Of a stretch of 64,000 bases of DNA, positions 13,021 through 25,600 are shown in pieces. Source of the DNA: Eledone cirrhosa. Its lineage: Eukaryota. Location of the stretch: the NCBI GenBank assembly GCA_964016885.1, contig OZ024758.1, positions 38,068,001-38,132,000 on the forward strand. The letters are read 5' to 3'. Position 1 is the stretch's first letter. Each line of letters begins with the position of its first letter. The notes beneath the pieces were generated by a model that was not told the DNA's origin, searched no databases, and saw only the letters and a list, made by a program, of their open reading frames with translations. The position numbers were made by a program, and so were the translations under genes.

Positions 13021-16000
13021 TGTTGGTGAGAATTCATTTAAGTTCATGGTATTAGTTTGTCAGAAGTAACTCCACTGTTGGTGAGAATTCATTTAAGTCA
13101 TGGTATTAGTTGTCAGAAGTAACTCCAATGTTGGTGAGAATTCATTTAAGTTCATGGTACTAGCTGTCAGAAGTAACTCCACTGTTGGTGAGAATTCATT
13201 TAAGTTCATGGTAATAGCTGTCAGAAGTAACTCCACTGTTGGTGAGAATTCATTTAAGTCATGGTATTAGCTGTCAGAAGTAACTCCAATGTTGGTGAGA
13301 ATTCATTTAAGTCATGGTACTAGCTGTCAGAAGTAACTCCAATGTTGGTGAGAATTCATTTAAGTTCATGGTATTAGCTGTCAGAAGTAACTCCACTGTT
13401 GGTGAGAATTCATTTAAGTTCATGGTATTAGCTGTCAGAAGTAACTCCACTGTTGGTGAGAATTCATTTAAGTCATGGTATTAGCTGTCAGAAGTAACTC
13501 CACTGTTGGTGAGAATTCATTTAAGTTCATGGTATTAGCTGTCAGAAGGAACGCCACTGTTGGTGAGAATTCATTTAAGTTCATGGTATTAGCTGTCAGA
13601 AGTAACTCCACTGTTGGTGAGAATTCATTTAAGTTCATGGTATTAGCTGTCAGAAGTAACTCCACTGTTGGTGAGAATTCATTTAAGTTCATGGTACTAG
13701 CTGTCAGAAGTAACTCCACTGTTGGTGAGAATTCATTTAAGTTCATGGTTATTAGCTGTCAGAAGTAACTCCACTGTTGGTGAGAATTCATTTAAGTTCA
13801 TGGTACTAGCTGTCAGAAGTAACTCCACTGTTGTTGAGAATTCATTTAAGTTCATGGTATTAGTTTGTCAGAAGTAACTCCACTGTTGGTGAGAATTCAT
13901 TTAAGTCATGGTATTAGTTGTCAGAAGTAACTCCAATGTTGGTGAGAATTCATTTAAGTTCATGGTACTAGCTGTCAGAAGTAACTCCACTGTTGGTGAG
14001 AATTCATTTAAGTCATGGTATTAGCTGTCAGAAGTAACTCCAATGTTGGTGAGAATTCATTTAAGTTCATGGTATTAGCTGTCAGAAGTCACTCCACTGT
14101 TGGTGAGAATTCATTTAAGTTCATGGTACTAGCTGTCAGAAGTAACCCAATGTTGGTGAGAATTCATTTAAGTTCATGGTATTAGCTGTCAGAAGTCACT
14201 CCAATGTTGGTGAGAATTCATTTAAGTTCATGGTATTAGCTGTCAGAAGTCACTCCACTGTTGGTGAGAATTCATTTAAGTTCATGGTACTAGCTGTCAG
14301 AAGTAACCCCAATGTTGGTGAGAATTCATTTAAGTTCATGGTATTAGCTGTCAGAAGTCACTCCAATGTTGGTGAGAATTCATTTAAGTTCATGGTATTA
14401 GCTGTCAGAAGTAACTCCACTGTTGGTGAGAATTCATTTAAGTTCATGGTATTAGCTGTCAGAAGGAACTCCACTGTTGGTGAGAATTCATTTAAGTTCA
14501 TGGTACTAGCTGTCAGAAGTAACTCCACTGTTGGTGAGAATTCATTTAAGTTCATGGTATTAGCTGTCAGAAGTAACTCCAATGTTGGTGAGAATTCATT
14601 TAAGTCATGGTACTAGCTGTCAGAAGTAACTCCACTGTTGGTGAGAATTCATTTAAGTCATGGTATTAGTTGTCAGAAGTAACTCCACTGTTGGTGAGAA
14701 TTCATTTAAGTTCATGGTACTAGCTGTCAGAAGTAACTCCAATGTTGGTGAGAATTCATTTAAGTTCATGGTATTAGCTGTCAGAAGTAACTCCAATGTT
14801 GGTGAGAATTCATTTAAGTCATGGTACTAGCTGTCAGAAGTAACTCCACTGTTGGTGAGAATTCATTTAAGTTCATGGTATTAGCTGTCAGAAGGAACTC
14901 CACTGTTGGTGAGAATTCATTTAAGTTCATGGTATTAGCTGTCAGAAGGAACGCCACTGTTGGTGAGAATTCATTTAAGTTCATGGTATTAGCTGTCAGA
15001 AGTAACTCCACTGTTGGTGAGAATTCATTTAGGTTCATGGTACTAGCTGTCAGAAGTAACTCCAATGTTGGTGAGAATTCATTTAAGTTCATGGTATTAG
15101 CTGTCAGAAGGAACTCCACTGTTGGTGAGAATTCATTTAAGTTCATGGTATTAGCTGTCAGAAGTAACTCCACTGTTGGTGAGAATTCATTTAAGTCATG
15201 GTATTAGCTGTCAGAAGTAACTCCATTGTTGGTGAGAATTCATTTAAGTCATGGTACTAGCTGTCAGAAGTAACTCCAATGTTGGTGAGAATTCATTTAA
15301 GTCATGGTACTAGCTGTCAGAAGTAACTCCAATGTTGGTGAGAATTCATTTAAGTTCATGGTATTAGCTGTCAGAAGGAACTCCAATGTTGGTGAGAATT
15401 CATTTAAGTCATGGTACTAGCTGTCAGAAGTAACTCCACTGTTGGTGAGAATTCATTTAAGTCATGGTATTAGTTGTCAGAAGTAACTCCAATGTTGGTG
15501 AGAATTCATTTAAGCCATGGTACTAGCTGTCAGAAGTAACTCCAATGTTGGTGAGAATTCATTTAAGTTCATGGTATTAGCTGTCAGAACGAACTCCACT
15601 GTTGGTGAGAATTCATTTAAGTTCATGGTATTAGCTGTCAGAAGTAACTCCACTGTTGGTGAGAATTCATTTAAGTTCATGGTACTAGCTGTCAGAAGTA
15701 ACTCCAATGTTGGTGAGAATTCATTTAAGTTCATGGTATTAGCTGTCAGAAGTAACTCCAATGTTGGTGAGAATTCATTTAAGTCATGGTACTAGCTGTC
15801 AGAAGTAACTCCACTGTTGGTGAGAATTCATTTAAGTTCATGGTATTAGCTGTCAGAAGGAACTCCACTGTTGGTGAGAATTCATTTAAGTTCATGGTAT
15901 TAGCTGTCAGAAGGAACGCCACTGTTGGTGAGAATTCATTTAAGTTCATGGTATTAGCTGTCAGAAGTAACTCCACTGTTGGTGAGAATTCATTTAAGTT

Positions 16001-19000
16001 CATGGTACTAGCTGTCAGAAGTAACTCCAATGTTGGTGAGAATTCATTTAAGTTCATGGTATTAGCTGTCAGAAGGAACTCCACTGTTGGTGAGAATTCA
16101 TTTAAGTTCATGGTATTAGCTGTCAGAAGTAACTCCACTGTTGGTGAGAATTCATTTAAGTCATGGTATTAGCTGTCAGAAGTAACTCCATTGTTGGTGA
16201 GAATTCATTTAAGTCATGGTACTAGCTGTCAGAAGTAACTCCAATGTTGGTGAGAATTCATTTAAGTCATGGTACTAGCTGTCAGAAGTAACTCCAATGT
16301 TGGTGAGAATTCATTTAAGTTCATGGTATTAGCTGTCAGAAGGAACTCCACTGTTGGTGAGAATTCATTTAAGTTCATGGTATTAGCTGTCAGAAGTAAC
16401 TCCACTGTTGGTGAGAATTCATTTAAGTTCATGGTATTAGCTGTCAGAAGTAACTCCACTGTTGGTGAGAATTCATTTAAGTTCATGGTACTAGCTGTCA
16501 GAAGTAACTCCAATGTTGGTGAGAATTCATTTAAGTCATGGTATTAGCTGTCAGAAGTAACTCCAATGTTGGTGAGAATTCATTTAAGTTCATGGTATTA
16601 GCTGTCAGAAGTAACTCCAATGTTGGTGAGAATTCATTTAAGTTCATGGTATTAGCTGTCAGAAGTAACTCCACTGTTGGTGAGAATTCATTTAAGTTCA
16701 TGGTACTAGCTGTCAGAAGTAACTCTACTGTTGGTGAGAATTCATTTAAGTCATGGTACTAGCTGTCAGAAGTAACTCCACTGTTGGTGAGAATTCATTT
16801 AAGTCATGGTATTAGTTGTCAGAAGTAACTCCAATGTTGGTGAGAATTCATTTAAGTTCATGGTATTAGCTGTCAGAAGTGACTCCACTGTTGGTGAGAA
16901 TTCATTTAAGTTCATGGTATTAGCTGTCAGAAGGAACTCCAATGTTGGTGAGAATTCATTTAAGTCATGGTACTAGCTGTCAGAAGTAACTCCACTGTTG
17001 GTGAGAATTCATTTAAGTTCATGGTATTAGCTGTCAGAAGGAACTCCACTGTTGGTGAGAATTCATTTAAGTTCATGGTACTAGCTGTCAGAAGTAACTC
17101 CACTGTTGGTGAGAATTCATTTAAGTTCATGGTATTAGTTTGTCAGAAGTAACTCCACTGTTGGTGAGAATTCATTTAAGTCATGGTATTAGTTGTCAGA
17201 AGTAACTCCAATGTTGGTGAGAATTCATTTAAGCCATGGTACTAGCTGTCAGAAGTAACTCCAATGTTGGTGAGAATTCATTTAATTTCATGGTATTAGC
17301 TGTCAGAACGAACTCCACTGTTGGTGAGAATTCATTTAAGTTCATGGTATTAGCTGTCAGAAGTAACTCCACTGTTGGTGAGAATTCATTTAAGTTCATG
17401 GTACTAGCTGTCAGAAGTAACTCCAATGTTGGTGAGAATTCATTTAAGTTCATGGTATTAGCTGTCAGAAGTAACTCCACTGTTGGTGAGAGTTCATTTA
17501 AGTCATGGTATTAGCTGTCAGAAGTAACTCCAATGTTGGTGAGAATTCATTTAAGTTCATGGTATTAGCTGTCAGAAGTAACGCCACAGTTGGTGAGAAT
17601 TCATTTAAGTTCATGGTATTAGCTGTCAGAAGTAACTCCACTGTTGGTGAGAATTCATTTAAGTTCATGGTACTAGCTGTCAGAAGTAACTCCACCGTTG
17701 GTGAGAATTCATTTAAGTTCATGGTATTAGCTGTCAGAAGGAACTCCAATGTTGGTGAGAATTCATTTAAGTCATGGTACTAGCTGTCAGAAGTAACTCC
17801 ACTGTTGGTGAGAATTCATTTAAGTTCATGGTATTAGCTGTCAGAAGTAACTCCACTGTTGGTGAGAATTCATTTAAGTTCATGGTACTAGCTGTCAGAA
17901 GTAACTCCAATGTTGGTGAGAATTCATTTAAGTTCATGGTATTAGCTGTCAGAAGTAACTCCACTGTTGGTGAGAATTCATTTAAGTCATGGTATTAGCT
18001 GTCAGAAGTAACTCCACTGTTGGTGAGAATTCATTTAATTTCATGGTATTAGCTGTCAGAAGTAACTCCACTGTTGGTGAGAATTCATTTAAGTTCATGG
18101 TATTAGCTGTCAGAAGTCACTCCAATGTTGGTGAGAATTCATTTAAGTTCATGGTATTAGCTGTCAGAAGTGACTCCACTGTTGGTGAGAATTCATTTAA
18201 GTTCATGGTACTAGCTGTCAGAAGTAACCCCAATGTTGGTGAGAATTCATTTAAGTTCATGGTATTAGCTGTCAGAAGTCACTCCAATGTTGGTGAGAAT
18301 TCATTTAAGTTCATGGTATTAGCTGTCAGAAGTAACTCCACTGTTGGTGAGAATTCATTTAAGTTCATGGTATTAGCTGTCAGAAGTAACTCCACTGTTG
18401 GTGAGAATTCATTTAAGTTCATGGTATTAGCTGTCAGAAGGAACTCCACTGTTGGTGAGAATTCATTTAAGTTCATGGTACTAGCTGTCAGAAGTAACTC
18501 CACTGTTGGTGAGAATTCATTTAAGTTCATGGTATTAGTTTGTCAGAAGTAACTCCACTGTTGGTGAGAATTCATTTAAGTCATGGTATTAGTTGTCAGA
18601 AGTAACTCCAATGTTGGTGAGAATTCATTTAAGCCATGGTACTAGCTGTCAGAAGTAACTCCAATGTAGGTGAGAATTCATTTAAGTCCATGGTATTAGC
18701 TGTCAGAACGAACTCCACTGTTGGTGAAAATTCATTTAAGTTCATGGTATTAGCTGTCAGAAGTAACTCCACTGTTGGTGAGAATTCATTTAAGTTCATG
18801 GCACTAGCTGTCAGAAGTAACTCCAATGTTGGTGAGAATTCATTTAAGTTCATGGTATTAGCTGTCAGAAGTAACTCCACTGTTGGTGAGAGTTCATTTA
18901 AGTCATGGTATTAGCTGTCAGAAGTAACTCCAATGTTGGTGAGAATTCATTTAAGTTCATGGTATTAGCTGTCAGAAGTAACTCCACTGTTAGTGAGAAT

Positions 19001-22000
19001 TCATTTAAGTTCATGGTATTAGCTGTCAGAAGTAACTCCACTGTTGGTGAGAATTCATTTAAGTTCATGGTACTAGCTGTCAGAAGTAACTACACTGTTG
19101 GTGAGAATTCATTTAAGTTCATGGTATTAGTTTGTCAGAAGTAACTCCACTGTTGGTGAGAATTCATTTAAGTCATGGTATTAGCTGTCAGAAGGAACTC
19201 CAATGTTGGTGAGAATTCATTTAAGTCATGGTACTAGCTGTCAGAAGTAACTCCACTGTTGGTGAGAATTCATTTAAGTTCATGGTATTAGCTGTCAGAA
19301 GGAACTCCACTGTTGGTGAGAATTCATTTAAGTTCATGGTACTAGCTGTCAGAAGTAACTCCACTGTTGGTGAGAATTCATTTAAGTTCATGGTATTAGT
19401 TTGTCAGAAGTAACTCCACTGTTGGTGAGAATTCATTTAAGTCATGGTATTAGTTGTCAGAAGTAACTCCAATGTTGGTGAGAATTCATGTAAGCCATGG
19501 TACTAGCTGTCAGAAGTAACTCCAATGTTGGTGAGAATTCATTTAATTTCATGGTATTAGCTGTCAGAACGAACTCCACTGTTGGTGAGAATTCATTTAA
19601 GTTCATGGTATTAGCTGTCAGAAGTAACTCCACTGTTGGTGAGAATTCATTTAAGTTCATGGTACTAGCTGTCAGAAGTAACTCCAATGTTGGTGAGAAT
19701 TCATTTAAGTTGATGGTATTAGCTGTCAGAAGTAACTCCACCGTTGGTGAGAGTTCATTTAAGTCATGGTATTAGCTGTCAGAAGTAACTCCAATGTTGG
19801 TGAGAATTCATTTAAGTTCATGGTATTAGCTGTCAGAAGTAACGCCACAGTTGGTGAGAATTCATTTAAGTTCATGGTATTAGCTGTCAGAAGTAACTCC
19901 ACTGTTGGTGAGAATTCATTTAAGTTCATGGTACTAGCTGTCAGAAGTAACTCCACCGTTGGTGAGAATTCATTTAAGTTCATGGTACTAGCTGTCAGAA
20001 GTAACTCCAATGTTGGTGAGAATTCATTTAAGTTCATGGTATTAGCTGTCAGAAGTAACTCCACTGTTGGTGAGAATTCATTTAAGCCATGGTACTAGCT
20101 GTCAGAAGTAACTCCAATGTTGGTGAGAATACATTTAAGTTCATGGTATTAGCTGTCAGAACGAACTCCACTGTTGGTGAGAATTCATTTAAGTTCATGG
20201 TATTAGCTGTCAGAAGTAACTCCACTGTTGGTGAGAATTCATTTAAGTTCATGGTACTAGCTGTCAGAAGTAACTCCAATGTTGGTGAGAATTCATTTAA
20301 GTTCATGGTATTAGCTGTCAGAAGTAACTCCACTGTTGGTGAGAGTTCATTTAAGTCATGGTATTTGCTGTCAGAAGTAACTCCAATGTTGGTGAGAATT
20401 CATTTAAGTTCATGGTATTAGCTGTCAGAAGTAACTCCACTGTTGGTGAGAATTCATTTAAGTTCATGGTATTAGCTGTCAGAAGTAACTCCACTGTTGG
20501 TGAGAATTCATTTAAGTTCATGGTATTAGCTGTCAGAAGGAACGCCACTGTTGGTGAGAATTCATTTAAGTTCATGGTATTAGCTGTCAGAAGTCACTCC
20601 AATGTTGGTGAGAATTCATTTAAGTTCATGGTATTAGCTGTCAGAAGTAACTCCACTGTTGGTAAGAATTCATTTAAGTTCATGGTATTAGCTGTCAGAA
20701 GTAACTCCACTGTTGGTGAGAATTCATTTAAGTTCATGGTATTAGCTGTCAGAAGGAACGCCACTGTTGGTGAGAATTCATTTAAGTTCATGGTATTAGC
20801 TGTCAGAAGTAACTCCACTGTTGGTGAGAATTCATTTAAGTTCATGGTACTAGCTGTCAGAAGTAACTCCAATGTTGGTGAGAATTCATTTAAGTTCATG
20901 GTATTAGCTGTCAGAAGGAACTCCACTGTTGCTGAGAATTCATTTAAGTTCATGGTATTAGCTGTCAGAAGTAACTCCACTGTTGGTGAGAATTCATTTA
21001 AGTTCATGGTACTAGCTGTCAGAAGTAACTCCACTGTTGGTGAGAATTCATTTAAGTTCATGGTATTAGCTGTCAGAAGTCACTCCAATGTTGGTGAGAA
21101 TTCATTTAAGTTCATGGTATTAGCTGTCAGAAGTCACTCCACTGTTGGTGAGAATTCATTTAAGTTCATGGTACTAGCTGTCAGAAGTAACCCCAATGTT
21201 GGTGAGATTTCATTTAAGTTCATGGTATTAGCTGTCAGAAGTCACTCCAATGTTGGTGAGAATTCATTTAAGTTCATGGTATTAGCTGTCAGAAGTAACT
21301 CCACTGTTGGTGAGAATTCATTTAAGTTCATGGTATTAGCTGTCAGAAGTAACTCCACTGTTGGTGAGAATTCATTTAAGTTCATGGTATTAGCTGTCAG
21401 AAGTAACTCCACTGTTGGTGAGAATTCATTTAAGTCATGGTATTAGCTGTCAGAAGTAACTCCAATGTTGGTGAGAATTCATTTAAGTTCATGGTATTAG
21501 CTGTCAGAAGTCACTCCACTGTTGGTGAGAATTCATTTAAGTTCATGGTATTAGCTGTCAGAAGTAACTCCACTGTTGGTGAGAATTCATTTAAGTTCAT
21601 GGTATTAGCTGTCAGAAGTAACTCCACTGTTGGTGAGAATTCATTTAAGTTCATGGTATTAGTTTGTCAGAAGTAACTCCACTGTTGGTGAGAATTCATT
21701 TAAGTCATGGTATTAGTTGTCAGAAGTAACTCCAATGTTGGTGAGAATTCATTTAAGTTCATGGTACTAGCTGTCAGAAGTAACTCCACTGTTGGTGAGA
21801 ATTCATTTAAGTTCATGGTAATAGCTGTCAGAAGTAACTCCACTGTTGGTGAGAATTCATTTAAGTCATGGTATTAGCTGTCAGAAGTAACTCCAATGTT
21901 GGTGAGAATTCATTTAAGTCATGGTACTAGCTGTCAGAAGTAACTCCAATGTTGGTGAGAATTCATTTAAGTTCATGGTATTAGCTGTCAGAAGTAACTC

Positions 22001-22620
22001 CACTGTTGGTGAGAATTCATTTAAGTTCATGGTATTAGCTGTCAGAAGTAACTCCACTGTTGGTGAGAATTCATTTAAGTCATGGTATTAGCTGTCAGAA
22101 GTAACTCCACTGTTGGTGAGAATTCATTTAAGTTCATGGTATTAGCTGTCAGAAGGAACGCCACTGTTGGTGAGAATTCATTTAAGTTCATGGTATTAGC
22201 TGTCAGAAGTAACTCCACTGTTGGTGAGAATTCATTTAAGTTCATGGTATTAGTTTGTCAGAAGTAACTCCACTGTTGGTGAGAATTCATTTAAGTCATG
22301 GTATTAGCTGTCAGAAGTAACTCCACTGTTGGTGAGAATTCATTTAAGTTCATGGTATTAGCTGTCAGAAGGAACGCCACTGTTGGTGAGAATTCATTTA
22401 AGTTCATGGTACTAGCTGTCAGAAGTAACCCCAATGTTGGTGAGATTTCATTTAAGTTCATGGTATTAGCTGTCAGAAGTCACTCCAATGTTGGTGAGAA
22501 TTCATTTAAGTTCATGGTATTAGCTGTCAGAAGTAACTCCACTGTTGGTGAGAATTCATTTAAGTTCATGGTATTAGCTGTCAGAAGTAACTCCACTGTT
22601 GGTGAGAATTCATTTAAGTC
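13020..22620. repeat. ~10 kb super-unit, copy S2 (tandem to S1; continues into the 2,962-bp HOR expansion)
   Basis: Identical variant strings occur at offsets 9418 (4057->13475, 4758->14176), 10222 (5295->15517, 6745->16967), 10060 (8576->18636) and 9952 (9545->19497, 10406->20358, 12130->22082). Confidence 0.85.
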
Positions 22621-25600
22621 ATGGTACTAGCTGTCAGAAGTAACTCCAATGTTGGTGAGAATTCATTTAAGTTGATGGTATTAGCTGTCAGAAGTAACTC
22701 CACCGTTGGTGAGAGTTCATTTAAGTCATGGTATTAGCTGTCAGAAGTAACTCCAATGTTGGTGAGAATTCATTTAAGTTCATGGTATTAGCTGTCAGAA
22801 GTAACGCCACAGTTGGTGAGAATTCATTTAAGTTCATGGTATTAGCTGTCAGAAGTAACTCCACTGTTGGTGAGAATTCATTTAAGTTCATGGTACTAGC
22901 TGTCAGAAGTAACTCCACCGTTGGTGAGAATTCATTTAAGTTCATGGTACTAGCTGTCAGAAGTAACTCCAATGTTGGTGAGAATTCATTTAAGTTCATG
23001 GTATTAGCTGTCAGAAGTAACTCCACTGTTGGTGAGAATTCATTTAAGCCATGGTACTAGCTGTCAGAAGTAACTCCAATGTTGGTGAGAATACATTTAA
23101 GTTCATGGTATTAGCTGTCAGAACGAACTCCACTGTTGGTGAGAATTCATTTAAGTTCATGGTATTAGCTGTCAGAAGTAACTCCACTGTTGGTGAGAAT
23201 TCATTTAAGTTCATGGTACTAGCTGTCAGAAGTAACTCCAATGTTGGTGAGAATTCATTTAAGTTCATGGTATTAGCTGTCAGAAGTAACTCCACTGTTG
23301 GTGAGAGTTCATTTAAGTCATGGTATTTGCTGTCAGAAGTAACTCCAATGTTGGTGAGAATTCATTTAAGTTCATGGTATTAGCTGTCAGAAGTAACTCC
23401 ACTGTTGGTGAGAATTCATTTAAGTTCATGGTATTAGCTGTCAGAAGTAACTCCACTGTTGGTGAGAATTCATTTAAGTTCATGGTATTAGCTGTCAGAA
23501 GGAACGCCACTGTTGGTGAGAATTCATTTAAGTTCATGGTATTAGCTGTCAGAAGTCACTCCAATGTTGGTGAGAATTCATTTAAGTTCATGGTATTAGC
23601 TGTCAGAAGTAACTCCACTGTTGGTAAGAATTCATTTAAGTTCATGGTATTAGCTGTCAGAAGTAACTCCACTGTTGGTGAGAATTCATTTAAGTTCATG
23701 GTATTAGCTGTCAGAAGGAACGCCACTGTTGGTGAGAATTCATTTAAGTTCATGGTATTAGCTGTCAGAAGTAACTCCACTGTTGGTGAGAATTCATTTA
23801 AGTTCATGGTACTAGCTGTCAGAAGTAACTCCAATGTTGGTGAGAATTCATTTAAGTTCATGGTATTAGCTGTCAGAAGGAACTCCACTGTTGCTGAGAA
23901 TTCATTTAAGTTCATGGTATTAGCTGTCAGAAGTAACTCCACTGTTGGTGAGAATTCATTTAAGTTCATGGTACTAGCTGTCAGAAGTAACTCCACTGTT
24001 GGTGAGAATTCATTTAAGTTCATGGTATTAGCTGTCAGAAGTCACTCCAATGTTGGTGAGAATTCATTTAAGTTCATGGTATTAGCTGTCAGAAGTCACT
24101 CCACTGTTGGTGAGAATTCATTTAAGTTCATGGTACTAGCTGTCAGAAGTAACCCCAATGTTGGTGAGATTTCATTTAAGTTCATGGTATTAGCTGTCAG
24201 AAGTCACTCCAATGTTGGTGAGAATTCATTTAAGTTCATGGTATTAGCTGTCAGAAGTAACTCCACTGTTGGTGAGAATTCATTTAAGTTCATGGTATTA
24301 GCTGTCAGAAGTAACTCCACTGTTGGTGAGAATTCATTTAAGTTCATGGTATTAGCTGTCAGAAGTAACTCCACTGTTGGTGAGAATTCATTTAAGTCAT
24401 GGTATTAGCTGTCAGAAGTAACTCCAATGTTGGTGAGAATTCATTTAAGTTCATGGTATTAGCTGTCAGAAGTCACTCCACTGTTGGTGAGAATTCATTT
24501 AAGTTCATGGTATTAGCTGTCAGAAGTAACTCCACTGTTGGTGAGAATTCATTTAAGTTCATGGTATTAGCTGTCAGAAGTAACTCCACTGTTGGTGAGA
24601 ATTCATTTAAGTTCATGGTATTAGTTTGTCAGAAGTAACTCCACTGTTGGTGAGAATTCATTTAAGTCATGGTATTAGTTGTCAGAAGTAACTCCAATGT
24701 TGGTGAGAATTCATTTAAGTTCATGGTACTAGCTGTCAGAAGTAACTCCACTGTTGGTGAGAATTCATTTAAGTTCATGGTAATAGCTGTCAGAAGTAAC
24801 TCCACTGTTGGTGAGAATTCATTTAAGTCATGGTATTAGCTGTCAGAAGTAACTCCAATGTTGGTGAGAATTCATTTAAGTCATGGTACTAGCTGTCAGA
24901 AGTAACTCCAATGTTGGTGAGAATTCATTTAAGTTCATGGTATTAGCTGTCAGAAGTAACTCCACTGTTGGTGAGAATTCATTTAAGTTCATGGTATTAG
25001 CTGTCAGAAGTAACTCCACTGTTGGTGAGAATTCATTTAAGTCATGGTATTAGCTGTCAGAAGTAACTCCACTGTTGGTGAGAATTCATTTAAGTTCATG
25101 GTATTAGCTGTCAGAAGGAACGCCACTGTTGGTGAGAATTCATTTAAGTTCATGGTATTAGCTGTCAGAAGTAACTCCACTGTTGGTGAGAATTCATTTA
25201 AGTTCATGGTATTAGTTTGTCAGAAGTAACTCCACTGTTGGTGAGAATTCATTTAAGTCATGGTATTAGCTGTCAGAAGTAACTCCACTGTTGGTGAGAA
25301 TTCATTTAAGTTCATGGTATTAGCTGTCAGAAGGAACGCCACTGTTGGTGAGAATTCATTTAAGTTCATGGTACTAGCTGTCAGAAGTAACCCCAATGTT
25401 GGTGAGATTTCATTTAAGTTCATGGTATTAGCTGTCAGAAGTCACTCCAATGTTGGTGAGAATTCATTTAAGTTCATGGTATTAGCTGTCAGAAGTAACT
25501 CCACTGTTGGTGAGAATTCATTTAAGTTCATGGTATTAGCTGTCAGAAGTAACTCCACTGTTGGTGAGAATTCATTTAAGTCATGGTACTAGCTGTCAGA

